Of a DNA stretch of 64,000 nucleotides, positions 10,301 through 20,435 are shown in pieces. Positions within the stretch are counted from its first letter, which is position 1. The number at the start of each line of letters is the position of its first letter. The notes beneath the pieces were generated by a model. It worked only from the letters and a program-made list of their open reading frames with translations, was not told the origin of the DNA and did not search any database. The position numbers were made by a program, and so were the translations under genes. The DNA comes from an uncultured bacterium. GTDB taxonomy: Bacteria > Patescibacteriota > Minisyncoccia > Phycocordibacterales > CAIZLB01. The DNA is taken from positions 38,315-102,314 of the forward strand of contig CAIZVZ010000005.1 in the NCBI GenBank assembly GCA_903936565.1. Direction: 5' to 3'.

Positions 10301-10897
10301 TTACAGCTGAGTCTCAGCAAGTACTAACGCTGATTCTCTTTTTAACTCTTCAATTAAAACAACCCCCAAGTCTCTGATCTCACTATTCCAAAATGGAGAA
10401 TAAACTATACCCTTCAGCTTTTCACTCGGAGTACCATAACCAAAATGATGAGCAATTCGAAGATAAGCAAGATTTTCGACGGAAATTAAATCGTCATGAT
10501 TCCTAATAAATTTTGTCGTAATTAGTGCTTCGTACATTTTACCAAATTCTTCAAACACCACTTTATTAACCGCCTCTCCAGGGGAAAGTCGTTTAATAAA
10601 GTTCAAAACTCGAGCTAGTGACTGTTTGACTTGTACTGGGATATTTTTATCATAGATATTTGTAATTTTCTCAGCTCCAGTAATTCTCCATATTTCCTTA
10701 CCTCGAACCAATGCAAACTTAGCAAAGGTTAAATCCTGCAAGCTATACCTTAGTTTCGACTGCAATTTACGAACACCCTGTGCTGTGGCAATAATAGTAC
10801 CCAATTCACTCGTTAAGATAGTAAAGGTTTTATTGGATTCTCCTGAATCTCCGCTGTCTATAATATAACCTTCTGTGTGATAAATTCTATATGACAC
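10301..10897 (-). CDS. recO: DNA repair protein RecO (short form)
   Basis: TEGYII..GESNKTFTILTSELGTIIATAQGVRKLQSKLRYSLQ, RecO N-terminal OB fold. Confidence 0.85.
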   Translation of the reverse strand: MSYRIYHTEGYIIDSGDSGESNKTFTILTSELGTIIATAQGVRKLQSKLRYSLQDLTFAKFALVRGKEIWRITGAEKITNIYDKNIPVQVKQSLARVLNFIKRLSPGEAVNKVVFEEFGKMYEALITTKFIRNHDDLISVENLAYLRIAHHFGYGTPSEKLKGIVYSPFWNSEIRDLGVVLIEELKRESALVLAETQL

Positions 10898-10906
10898 ATT
10901 TATTAT

Positions 10907-13900
10907 TTATTTTACAGGCTTAATGATAAATCTTATTTCTTGATCACCCACAGATACCGCCTCCCCTCCCTCTATATCATCTAGGATTAGACTCTCTGCC
11001 AAGACTGTCTTGGAGATCATCTTAGAATATTTTTCCATCAACATCTTTCCAACATTAGAATCCTCTATTTCCAAAATAATTTTATCCTGTGGAGAAAAAC
11101 CAAACGCCTTTCTAGCCTCCTGAACAGCCCTAATTAGGTCTCTAGACATTCCCTCCTCTTTCAATTCTTCAGTTAGTGCTGTATCGAGAATTATTTCATT
11201 TCCAATGGCAACATTTTTTACATTCAATTCATCCTTTATGATTTCTTCCAATTCCTTATTTAATGGTTTACCCTCCTTGTTATTGTAAATAAACGAAGCC
11301 AATGGTTGTCGAACCTTCAATTGAGACTTGGCACGAAGCGATAGACCGGTTTCAACCAAAGCTCTTGCGGATTCCATGTTTACCAGCAATATTTCTTCTT
11401 TTTCTGATAGAGCCCCCAAATCTGGCCAATCTTCCAGGTGAACACTTAGCATTCCATTCTTTTTATTAGTAGAACTATTAATTTGATCGCAATCGGCTAT
11501 TTTGACCTTCTGATATAAATCCTCTGCTGAAAATGGAACAACTGGTGCAATTATTTTTGACAGATTCAACAAAACGGCACGGAGAGTTGATATTGCAAAA
11601 TTTCTATCCACAATGTTGTCGCCTTTAAATCGATCTCTCGATCTTCTCAAATACCAAGTAGACAAATCGTCAATGAATGACGCAATTGGTCTAACCGCCC
11701 TAGAAACCATATATGCGTCCAAATCTCTAGTCATGTCATAGTTCAACTTTTTCAATCTTGCCCAAATCCATTGGTCTAATACATTTTCTGATTTAAGTAA
11801 ACAGAAACTATGAGCAGAGTCCTCCCCAAACATCTCTGAATACGTTTTGTAGAATGTATAAACGTTATCTAGTCTATTGAATATTTTCTTATTTATCTCG
11901 TCTAGTGATTTTTCAGAGAATGCCACCTCTTCAGCTGTTACCGCAGGAGATGTAACAAGGAAATATCGGAGTGAATCTGCACCATACTTCTCAACTATAC
12001 CCATTAGTTCTGGATAGTTATTCAAACTCTTTGCCATCTTTCTACCGTCTTCTGCTAGAATCAAACCATTTACAGAAACATTCTTAAATGGAGATTTACC
12101 AAACAGACTTACCCCCAAACACAATAATGAATAAAACCAGCCTCTAGTTTGATCTAGCCCTTCAGCAATAAAGTCCGCCGGGAATAACTTACTATCAGGC
12201 TTTTCAAACTCTTCTTTGTTTTCAAATGGATAGTGTTGTGAAGCAAAAGGCATAGCGCCTGAGTCATACCAAACATCAAAGACATCGGGGATTCTTCTCA
12301 TAATCTCTCCATCTTCATTTTTCCAAGTAACGGTGTCGATTAGCGGTCTGTGAATATCTAATTCAAAGTTTTCAGTATGTGGCCATTGCACAAAATCAAT
12401 ATAGTGAAGTGAGCCGTTTGGATCTGATACATCACTCCATCCACTTCTAACCATATCTCGTGTTGTTCTTCCGTTGGCAACCTCCCTCATCATCCTAAGT
12501 GGTAATCCGTGAGTAATAATCAAAATATTTTCATCCTTATTTTCCGAATCTATTGAGTAAAGCGCTCCCGCAACACGCTTCTTCACATCAAAAGCCGACT
12601 CACCGTCTTTTGGAGCAGAAAAAACTCTATCTTCCTCATTTTTAAACATTCTTGGTCTCTCTTCCCATGAACCACCCTCCAACACACCCCCGTCACACTC
12701 TCTAAGACGAGGATCATAAATTATTTTTGACTCATCAAGACCAAGGGCTTCTGCAACAATTTTTGTTGACTCTTTAGTCCTTCTGAAATCAGAAGCGTAG
12801 ATTTTTGTAACTGGACGATTAGCATCACCACCACCCAACACACCGCCAGCTTTTAGTTTTTTAGCAGACTCCATTATTTGAGATGCTCCCTTTTCAGTTA
12901 ACCCATATAGATTTAGATCGTGTGAATTTACAACCCCCCTCACATTTGACTCGGATTCCCCGTGTCGCATCAAGACATATTTATTATTATTTGAGCTTTG
13001 TCTAATTTTTTCTTTTAAATCAGAAAATGATCCAATTATTTCCGTTTTACCACTTTCAGATTTCCACATTGGAACAGGCGCTCCCCAATATCTAGTTCTT
13101 GAAATTGCCCAGTCTCTTATGTTTTCCAACCACTCCCCAAAACGGCCAGAGCCAATTTCTTTTGGCACCCAGTTTATTTTATTATTTTCTGCAATCAATT
13201 CATTTTTCAAAGATGTAGTCCTTACAAACAAACTTGTTGTTGCAAAGTTTATAAGTGGAGTCTCACATCTCCAACAGTGAGGATATGAGTGAATCATTTT
13301 TTCCTTTGCAAGAAGAACGCCTTTACCTGCCAAGATTTTTATTATTTCAACATCCGCACTTTGATGATCTTCTTTTGGTTTTGCTGGTTTACCCATCATT
13401 TCTGTTATCAAGTCGATAAAACAACCGTCAAAACCGACATGTTTAATAACAGGAAGATTATTAGCCTTAGATAACTTCATGTCATCATCTCCATAGGCTG
13501 GAGCAATATGAACAATTCCCGTTCCGTCCTCAGCGGTAACAAAAGCAGCGTCGCAAACCTTCCAAATATTTTGTCTATTCTTTTCAGATGTTTCCAATGT
13601 TCCCTCTTTTTTGTAATAGTCAAAAACTGGCTCGTATGAAATGCCAACCAAATCTTTTCCAGATAATGGCTTATTAGGATCTATTAATGGAAGCACTGCG
13701 CAATCCTCCGAAACTACCTTTTTGGTTTTCAATGTTTCAAAAAGACTTTCTGCAAAGATATAATTTTCTACTCCAACTGAAACGCAAACATAATTCAATT
13801 CTGGGTTCACTGCAAGCGCCACGTTTCCAGGAAGTGTCCATGGAGTTGTCGTCCAAGCTACAAATGATGTTTTTACAGACGCGTCGATATTATAAAAAGA

Positions 13901-14635
13901 TTTAACCTGCCCTAGCGACTCATTTTTAATTTCAAATTTAACAAAAACTGAAATGTCGGCAATGTCCTTATAGCCCTGTGCTACCTCAAAGTTTGAAAGC
14001 GGAGTTCCACAGCGAGGACAAATTTGCATCACCTTGTAATCTTCGAATACCAAACCCTTTTTATCAAGCTCCTTAAATGACCACCAAACAGACTCGGTAT
14101 AACTTGAATCCATTGTTCTATAATCATTATCCATATCCGACCATCTACCAATTCGTTGTATTCTATTTTTCCACTCATCAGCATAAGTCAAAACACTTTC
14201 CCTTGCTGCACTGTTAAATTTATCAATACCGTATTCCTCAATAGCTTTTTTATCCTTTAATCCAAGTTTTTTCTCTATTAAGTTCTCGATAGGTAGACCG
14301 TGACAGTCCCAACCCCACTTTCTATCAACATGAAATCCGCGCATGGTTTTATACCTCGGAATCAAGTCCTTTAGAGAGTTTGGCAGGATATGTCCAAAGT
14401 GAGGAAGGCCGGTTGCGTAAGGAGGACCATCGTAGAATACGAAGTTACCAAGCGGTGATTCCTTTTTAAGAGTTTGTTCAAAAATATGATTCTCATTCCA
14501 GAAAGCAAGTACGGCATTTTCTTTTGTTGAAATTGCACTAACCGCACCCTCAACCTGTGTACCCTGCACATTTTGTGCCGCGGGAACCTTCCCATGCCCT
14601 TTATCTTCAGGCATTTTATTATTTAAATCGTTCAT
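10907..14635 (-). CDS. ileS: Isoleucine--tRNA ligase (type 2) with inserted histidine-phosphatase domain
   Basis: DGPPYATGLPHFGH, GWDCHGLP, WTTTPWTLP, EGLDQTRGWF, KMAKS; RHG insert. Confidence 0.96.
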   Translation of the reverse strand: MNDLNNKMPEDKGHGKVPAAQNVQGTQVEGAVSAISTKENAVLAFWNENHIFEQTLKKESPLGNFVFYDGPPYATGLPHFGHILPNSLKDLIPRYKTMRGFHVDRKWGWDCHGLPIENLIEKKLGLKDKKAIEEYGIDKFNSAARESVLTYADEWKNRIQRIGRWSDMDNDYRTMDSSYTESVWWSFKELDKKGLVFEDYKVMQICPRCGTPLSNFEVAQGYKDIADISVFVKFEIKNESLGQVKSFYNIDASVKTSFVAWTTTPWTLPGNVALAVNPELNYVCVSVGVENYIFAESLFETLKTKKVVSEDCAVLPLIDPNKPLSGKDLVGISYEPVFDYYKKEGTLETSEKNRQNIWKVCDAAFVTAEDGTGIVHIAPAYGDDDMKLSKANNLPVIKHVGFDGCFIDLITEMMGKPAKPKEDHQSADVEIIKILAGKGVLLAKEKMIHSYPHCWRCETPLINFATTSLFVRTTSLKNELIAENNKINWVPKEIGSGRFGEWLENIRDWAISRTRYWGAPVPMWKSESGKTEIIGSFSDLKEKIRQSSNNNKYVLMRHGESESNVRGVVNSHDLNLYGLTEKGASQIMESAKKLKAGGVLGGGDANRPVTKIYASDFRRTKESTKIVAEALGLDESKIIYDPRLRECDGGVLEGGSWEERPRMFKNEEDRVFSAPKDGESAFDVKKRVAGALYSIDSENKDENILIITHGLPLRMMREVANGRTTRDMVRSGWSDVSDPNGSLHYIDFVQWPHTENFELDIHRPLIDTVTWKNEDGEIMRRIPDVFDVWYDSGAMPFASQHYPFENKEEFEKPDSKLFPADFIAEGLDQTRGWFYSLLCLGVSLFGKSPFKNVSVNGLILAEDGRKMAKSLNNYPELMGIVEKYGADSLRYFLVTSPAVTAEEVAFSEKSLDEINKKIFNRLDNVYTFYKTYSEMFGEDSAHSFCLLKSENVLDQWIWARLKKLNYDMTRDLDAYMVSRAVRPIASFIDDLSTWYLRRSRDRFKGDNIVDRNFAISTLRAVLLNLSKIIAPVVPFSAEDLYQKVKIADCDQINSSTNKKNGMLSVHLEDWPDLGALSEKEEILLVNMESARALVETGLSLRAKSQLKVRQPLASFIYNNKEGKPLNKELEEIIKDELNVKNVAIGNEIILDTALTEELKEEGMSRDLIRAVQEARKAFGFSPQDKIILEIEDSNVGKMLMEKYSKMISKTVLAESLILDDIEGGEAVSVGDQEIRFIIKPVK

Positions 14636-14706
14636 GAAAATATACTAGCACAAAATTGCAGTTTTGGTAGTTTTCAGATAAATTACCAGACAATCATCAA
14701 AGACTA

Positions 14707-16506
14707 TTACATCCTACTTGGGACTTTGATTCCCAAAACATTCAAACCGTTGGTTAGAACGGTTAATACAGCCTTAGTTAACAGCACCTTATATGGAGTC
14801 AGAACATCTCCCTCAACTACAATTTGAGTGTTCGCATAAAAAGAATTAAATTCGGATGCAACATCCAAAAGGTACTGCCCAACATAGTGAGGTGCATGTT
14901 CTGTCTCAGCTCTCAGGAGGACCTCAGGGAATCTAACGAGCATCTTCTCTAATTTACCTCCCGCCCAATCTAGTTGACATATTTTTGGACTATTTGAATT
15001 ATTCAAATCTTCTAGATTAATATTCTCCACAATAGTTGAAACACCCTGCTTCTGCGCTTTTTCTAATATCGATTTAGCACGTACACAAGAATATTGTAGA
15101 TATGGGCCAGAGTCTCCTTCAAATGACAGTGATTTTTGTGGATCAAATATTATATCCTTCCCGATTGTTTGTCTAAGTATCGTGTATTTAATTGCGGCAA
15201 CAGCGATTTGCTCCGCTATTTCCTTCCTTTCTTCCTCCTCAATCTCACGATCCTTCATTTTTTCAAGCGCCATCTCAGTCATGTCATGCAACATTGATTC
15301 CCCCGTAATCACATCTCCAGTTCTTGAAGACATCTTTCCCGTAGTTAGACGAAGCATCCCATGTGAGAGTAGAAAATTCTTCTTTTCAATTTCTGGATAT
15401 ATTTGTTCAATTGCCTTATAAGATACAGCCAAGACATTATCTTGTTCATTGGCAGTAATTGTATAGGAAATATCATACGGATCCTTATTGTATTTTAGAA
15501 GTGCCAGACCAATTTCCTTTGCTTCGTAAGTTGGTAGCCCAAATTTATTTATAAAGACACGAGTATTTAGTCCGTAGTTTTCACCCTTAAAGATAACGGC
15601 CCCCTCACTCTCTTCAAAAATTCCGTTCTTTAATCCTTTCTGAACTTCCCCCAATCCCACCACAGAGCTATCGCTCTCAAAGAAGTACTCGTTGAATTTA
15701 GTTCCAAGTACCTTATAAATTTCCTCGAAGTGTTCCATGCTCCACTTCTTCCCTAAGTCATAAAGTGCATTCAATTCCGAATCAGATTTATCGTAAATCT
15801 TTTTATTTATTTCTTGGACAATAGATTCATCCTCCGAGTGATCCTTGAAATGAGTTGCACCCTTGGCGTATATTTTACCCAAAAAAGCAACCTTGTCGCT
15901 AAGCGGCATTGAATCACTTGGCCACTCCACCCCTTCTTCATTTTTCAGCAGATCAAAGCCATAGAAGGTAAAAGCAACATGTCTACCAACATCACCTTGA
16001 TAACAATATCGTTTAACATTTCCCCCAGACCATTCCCCAAGTCTTGCTAACGACTCTCCGATAGCGTTGGACATAAGGTGACCAATATGAAATTGTTTAA
16101 ATGGATTTGGATCTGTATACTCGTAAATCATTTTCTTACCAGCATGCAAGTTGGATTTTCCATAATTATCTCCCCCATTTGTTTTGTCTAATATTTCCTT
16201 CATCAATTCAAAACCAACGACCTCCGTCAGATAGAAATTAATAAATCCAGGACCTGCCACATCAACCTTTTTAACCCCGCTCAACGAACCCTCAGAAACT
16301 GCACTTTGTAGCTTTTCTGAAATCTGTTTTGCCAACTCCACAGGCTTAACCCCAAGTTTTGGTGCTAATATCATAGCCACGTTCGTGGAATAGTCCCCAT
16401 GAGATAAATCCCCCGGTCTATCCAATAAATTCTTTCCAGACAAAAAATCCAAAAGATTTACATCTTCCACCGACTTTAGTATTGCTTCAGTTATAGCTTT
16501 ATTCAT
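14707..16506 (-). CDS. argS: Arginine--tRNA ligase
   Basis: GDYSTN, AGPGFINF, PNPFKQFHIGH, KMSSRTG, GDSGPYLQY; start moved to ATG 16506. Confidence 0.96.
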   Translation of the reverse strand: MNKAITEAILKSVEDVNLLDFLSGKNLLDRPGDLSHGDYSTNVAMILAPKLGVKPVELAKQISEKLQSAVSEGSLSGVKKVDVAGPGFINFYLTEVVGFELMKEILDKTNGGDNYGKSNLHAGKKMIYEYTDPNPFKQFHIGHLMSNAIGESLARLGEWSGGNVKRYCYQGDVGRHVAFTFYGFDLLKNEEGVEWPSDSMPLSDKVAFLGKIYAKGATHFKDHSEDESIVQEINKKIYDKSDSELNALYDLGKKWSMEHFEEIYKVLGTKFNEYFFESDSSVVGLGEVQKGLKNGIFEESEGAVIFKGENYGLNTRVFINKFGLPTYEAKEIGLALLKYNKDPYDISYTITANEQDNVLAVSYKAIEQIYPEIEKKNFLLSHGMLRLTTGKMSSRTGDVITGESMLHDMTEMALEKMKDREIEEEERKEIAEQIAVAAIKYTILRQTIGKDIIFDPQKSLSFEGDSGPYLQYSCVRAKSILEKAQKQGVSTIVENINLEDLNNSNSPKICQLDWAGGKLEKMLVRFPEVLLRAETEHAPHYVGQYLLDVASEFNSFYANTQIVVEGDVLTPYKVLLTKAVLTVLTNGLNVLGIKVPSRM

Positions 16507-16540
16507 ATTTGCTATATTATCACGCAATAAAATAATCACA

Positions 16541-16575
16541 AACAAAACCTCACGGTTTATCCATGAGGTTTTGTT
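16541..16575 (-). terminator. Intrinsic terminator after rplK
   Basis: aacaaaacctca-loop-tgaggttttgtt inverted repeat. Confidence 0.8.
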
Positions 16576-16618
16576 ACGAGACCTTTGCGGGTCCTAATCC
16601 ATTATCAGAATGAGTATA

Positions 16619-17044
16619 TTACGCTACAACGTCGATTCCAAGTGAAGCACATGTTCCTTCTATCATCTTCATTGCCCCCTCTATATCCTTTGAGTTCAGG
16701 TCAGGCATCTTTCTCTCAGCGATCGCCTTAACTTGAGCCTTTGTAATCTTTCCAACTTTCTTTGTGTTTGGATGACCTGATCCCTTCTCAACTCCAATTG
16801 CCTTTAATACAAGAGAAGCTGCGGGAGGAGTCTTAAGAACAAAATCAAAAGTTCTGTCCTCAAAGACTGAGATAACTACAGGCACAATGTCACCTGCCAT
16901 AGAAGCTGTCGCATCGTTGAATCTCTTTACGAATTCACCAATGTTAACACCAGCTTGACCAAGTGCAGGACCTACTGGTGGAGCAGGATTTGCCTTTCCA
17001 GCAGGAATTTGTAATTTTAATGATTTGATTATTTTTTTTGCCAT
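16619..17044 (-). CDS. rplK: 50S ribosomal protein L11
   Basis: [21 protein letters not shown]; KTPPA. Confidence 0.98.
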   Translation of the reverse strand: MAKKIIKSLKLQIPAGKANPAPPVGPALGQAGVNIGEFVKRFNDATASMAGDIVPVVISVFEDRTFDFVLKTPPAASLVLKAIGVEKGSGHPNTKKVGKITKAQVKAIAERKMPDLNSKDIEGAMKMIEGTCASLGIDVVA

Positions 17045-17132
17045 AAATATATATTAATTGTTTTTCTTTATTTATGGCCACAATCCGCGAGAGAAGCGCA
17101 GGCGTATCTGGCCAAAGTTCTTATAAAATACC

Positions 17133-17675
17133 TTAAATTGTCTTAACTTGCAAGAAGTCCAGCTCAACAGGTGTCTCACGACCGAACATTGATACAAGGA
17201 CCCTAACCTTTCCCCTGTCTGTATCAACCTCTGAAACCTTACCTTCTAGGTCCTTAAATGGGCCGTCGGCCACCTTAACGAGGTCTCCGATGTTTAGATT
17301 AATGGTGTGTTTTATGTTATCACTAGACATTCTTCTGAATAATTCTTCAACCTCCTTCTTTTCAAGAGGAACAGGAGTTGTACCAGAACCAACGAATCCA
17401 GTAACTCTAGGGGTATTTCTAACCATATACCATGTATCATCGTTCACAATCATATCAACCAAGATATATCCTGGGTAGATTTTTTCATCCTCCTCTATTC
17501 TCTTACTTCCCTTTATTTTAATCTTCTTTTCTGTTGGAACAATTACATTGAATATACGATCATCCATACACAATGACTCAATACGCTGCTTAAGATTTCT
17601 CATAACAGCATTCTCATATCCAGCGTATGTGTGAATTGCATACCAATTCCTCTCTCCTTGCTCTTGTTTTGACAT
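17133..17675 (-). CDS. nusG: Transcription factor NusG
   Basis: WYAIHTYAGYE, YPGYILV, KOW motif, MFGRETPVEL. Confidence 0.98.
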   Translation of the reverse strand: MSKQEQGERNWYAIHTYAGYENAVMRNLKQRIESLCMDDRIFNVIVPTEKKIKIKGSKRIEEDEKIYPGYILVDMIVNDDTWYMVRNTPRVTGFVGSGTTPVPLEKKEVEELFRRMSSDNIKHTINLNIGDLVKVADGPFKDLEGKVSEVDTDRGKVRVLVSMFGRETPVELDFLQVKTI

Positions 17676-17695
17676 GGTTATTTAAAAATTAGCTT

Positions 17696-17884
17696 TTAAA
17701 ATGAACGTAATATTAGGCTCTTGAACAAGCCTGTAAAAATGGTATCAAGACCAGAAACGTACAAAGCTACAATCAACGAAACAGCAATAACTAGTGCTGT
17801 ATAGACAATAGTCTGCTTTCTTGTTGGCCAACTTACGTGTTTCATTTCTGATGTTGTCTCACTTATATATTGTTTTATTGACAT
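17696..17884 (-). CDS. secE: Preprotein translocase subunit SecE
   Basis: EMKHVSWPTRKQT plus a TM helix; directly upstream of nusG. Confidence 0.95.
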   Translation of the reverse strand: MSIKQYISETTSEMKHVSWPTRKQTIVYTALVIAVSLIVALYVSGLDTIFTGLFKSLILRSF

Positions 17885-17943
17885 ATATTTTGGTATTTTA
17901 AAACACCCTTTCGGGCGCTCTAGATGTTATTTTAACGTATGGA

Positions 17944-17972
17944 AGTATATAGCGTCAAACGCAAAATGTCAA
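17944..17972 (-). promoter_or_regulatory. Sigma70-type promoter of secE-nusG-rplK
   Basis: TTGACA-N17-TATACT on the minus strand. Confidence 0.75.
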
Positions 17973-18119
17973 TATTTTGACTTTCTTACTGGATATTACA
18001 TACTATTACATAGATTTGGTTCATTATTTGCTTTACTGCATTAATCAACCCCCTACCTACCCATCGGGTTTGAAACATTAGGAGATTGAAAGTGCAGTCA
18101 ACCAAAAACATCAGCAAAA

Positions 18120-18347
18120 ATGCAAACAACGTTAGAATCTTTTAATAATTATGTCATAGCAAACCAGATGATGGCATCGATCTACTTTGCTTGTGGATGG
18201 CTTCTGTGGGGATTCATCATGTTTTTCGTCTACCATCTCTGGAACAATTTTCAGGAATGGCAGTCAAAAAGCTTTGGATACCTAACTCTTGAATTCTTCG
18301 TATTCGGAGGGATGGGGCCAATCAGCACGGCAACCCTCGTTCAATAG
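18120..18347 (+). CDS. Small hypothetical membrane protein
   Basis: 75-aa hydrophobic ORF; upstream TTGACT-N18-TACTAT (17977-18006); downstream GC-rich terminator. Confidence 0.55.
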   Translation: MQTTLESFNNYVIANQMMASIYFACGWLLWGFIMFFVYHLWNNFQEWQSKSFGYLTLEFFVFGGMGPISTATLVQ

Positions 18348-18379
18348 AGCAACATCGCACAATTCCTGGTACAACACCC

Positions 18380-18417
18380 AGCCCCGCCGTTAACCAACGG
18401 CGGGGCTCCCCTTTTCA
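18380..18417 (+). terminator. Intrinsic terminator
   Basis: agccccgccgtt-aacc-aacggcggggct followed by ccccttttc. Confidence 0.7.
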
Positions 18418-18490
18418 TAATTAAACAAAAAGGGCCCTTTTACTAAGGCCCTTGAAGTATTGAAATCCCACCAACTGAGAATGGGGTAAT

Positions 18491-19471
18491 CTATTTTATA
18501 CTGTAAGTAATACTTACATCCGACGTAATCTTATCTTCTCCAACCGGTAGATTAACAGACGCTGAATCAGTAACCTCAACCATTTTTGCACTCATCATCA
18601 TGGGGTATGGATAACCATCACCGACATTCTCTGAAAAAGATGTTATCTTGCCCAACCTTACACCCAAACTCTCCGCAATATCCTGTGCCTGAACCTTTGC
18701 CTTTTGAATAGCCTGATTTCTAATGCTTTGTTTTGTCTTATCTACATTGTCTACAAAACTTGTAAGTTCACCGACCGTTACCCCAACCTTACCAACCGCA
18801 GCAACTAGTGCGCCAGCCAAATCTGGGTTTTTACTAATGTCTGTAATTTTGACCTCTATCGACTGACTAGTCTCATAACCAACAATCTCTGAAGTTCTAT
18901 CGACACAAGGAGAATTAGATGGAGCACTTACAACAGCAACAGAAACTTTGCTGGCCACCACCTTAGCTGACGCTGGTGCAACTGGTGCTGAGACCTCCTT
19001 AGCGTCCGAATTTGTCGCAGCTGCTTTAACAACAGGAGTTATCACCTTACCCTTCACAGGCGAAGTCGGTGCTGTCACACAGGAAGTTGTTCTTGAACTA
19101 TATTTTGGATACGTATTGAAATTTAGTGTCTTAATATTTTTATCCAAAACTCCATTTTGTTTTAAGATAACAATAGCAGCATTAATTTTGTTTGTCGCTG
19201 CATCTTGTGATGACTTAATATCTTTAGCAGACTCTGCTACGGTTATTGTGAACTTGGTTGTATCGGGCTTAACACTAATTTCACTGTGTCCTGACACGGT
19301 AATTGTGTTCTGATTAAAACCCTTATCACCTTCTCCATCTAATGAAATTTTAGATATAGCGAGAATTGTTGCTGATAATATGAATAAAATTGAAACGAAC
19401 TTTAATAATGAATTTAGTTCTAGAATTTTTTTGGACTCATTAGTATTTTTAATATCTTTTTTGATTGTCAT
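18491..19471 (-). CDS. SIMPL (DUF541) domain protein
   Basis: ITVSGHSEISVKPD...AIQKAKVQAQDIAESLGVRLG...VSITY; start ATG 19471 after TGCTATAAT. Confidence 0.88.
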   Translation of the reverse strand: MTIKKDIKNTNESKKILELNSLLKFVSILFILSATILAISKISLDGEGDKGFNQNTITVSGHSEISVKPDTTKFTITVAESAKDIKSSQDAATNKINAAIVILKQNGVLDKNIKTLNFNTYPKYSSRTTSCVTAPTSPVKGKVITPVVKAAATNSDAKEVSAPVAPASAKVVASKVSVAVVSAPSNSPCVDRTSEIVGYETSQSIEVKITDISKNPDLAGALVAAVGKVGVTVGELTSFVDNVDKTKQSIRNQAIQKAKVQAQDIAESLGVRLGKITSFSENVGDGYPYPMMMSAKMVEVTDSASVNLPVGEDKITSDVSITYSIK

Positions 19472-19478
19472 GCATACA

Positions 19479-20417
19479 TTATAGCAGAGTATTGTGAAAA
19501 GATTCAAATAAATTTTCAAATAAAGATGCAACAGTTAGTGGCCCAACACCACCAGGCACAGGAGTTATAGCATTTACGATGTCAGACACATCATCAAATG
19601 CAAAATCCCCACACACTTTTCTAATATTTTCTCCTTCCCCGGTTAGTATATCAACAGATGTAATTCCAACATCAATTAAAATTTGTCCGTCTGTTACAAA
19701 ACTTTTATCAATGAAACCCGGAACACCCATCGCTGATATTAAGACATCAGATGACTTGGTTATTTCTTTTAAGTTGGAAGTTTTTGAATGACAAATTGTA
19801 ACTGTGGCATCTTTTGCCAGCATTACAAGAGAAATTGGCTTGCCAACCAAAACAGATCGTCCAATCACGCAAACCCTTTTGCCTGAAACATCAATGTTAT
19901 ACTCATTTAACAAACTTAAGATTCCCTTAGCTGTAGCTGGGATAAAGCCTTTGAATGTAGGCTCAATAAACGTGTCTACACCCCCACTCAAGGATTCATC
20001 CATCTTAAAGTTTCTCTGAACCAAAAGACCCAAACTCGTACCACTTAATCCATCTACATCTTTTCTGTAATCGATTGCATTTGTAATATTATGAACGGAC
20101 AAATGTCTTGGTAAGGGCAATTGAACAATTATTCCATGCACAGAATTATCTGCGTTGTAATTTTGAATCTCAGCAATTAAGTCTGATTCGCTAATATATT
20201 CCTCCAGCGTAATATGTAAAACTTCTGCACCAATATACTCAGCAAACTTTTTCTTTTGCCCAATATAAACCGTTGAAGCTTTATTATCACCTATTTGAAA
20301 TATTACGAGCGTTGGAGGAATAAAACCATCCTTCTCCTTTTCTTTTATCTCATTAATACGAGAACGTAAATTTTCTTTTTTATTATCTCTAATATCAGTT
20401 CCTCGAAGTAAAATCAT
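19479..20417 (-). CDS. folD: Methylenetetrahydrofolate dehydrogenase/cyclohydrolase
   Basis: HGIIVQLPLP, KDVDG, GRSVLVGKP, TPVPGGVGPLT. Confidence 0.97.
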   Translation of the reverse strand: MILLRGTDIRDNKKENLRSRINEIKEKEKDGFIPPTLVIFQIGDNKASTVYIGQKKKFAEYIGAEVLHITLEEYISESDLIAEIQNYNADNSVHGIIVQLPLPRHLSVHNITNAIDYRKDVDGLSGTSLGLLVQRNFKMDESLSGGVDTFIEPTFKGFIPATAKGILSLLNEYNIDVSGKRVCVIGRSVLVGKPISLVMLAKDATVTICHSKTSNLKEITKSSDVLISAMGVPGFIDKSFVTDGQILIDVGITSVDILTGEGENIRKVCGDFAFDDVSDIVNAITPVPGGVGPLTVASLFENLFESFHNTLL

Positions 20418-20435
20418 TTTTGAAATTTGAAATGT

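Noticed and set aside
16580-16593. GACCCGCAAAGGT shared between the rplK downstream region and 49897-49909
   Set aside because: Short common hairpin; two copies could be chance
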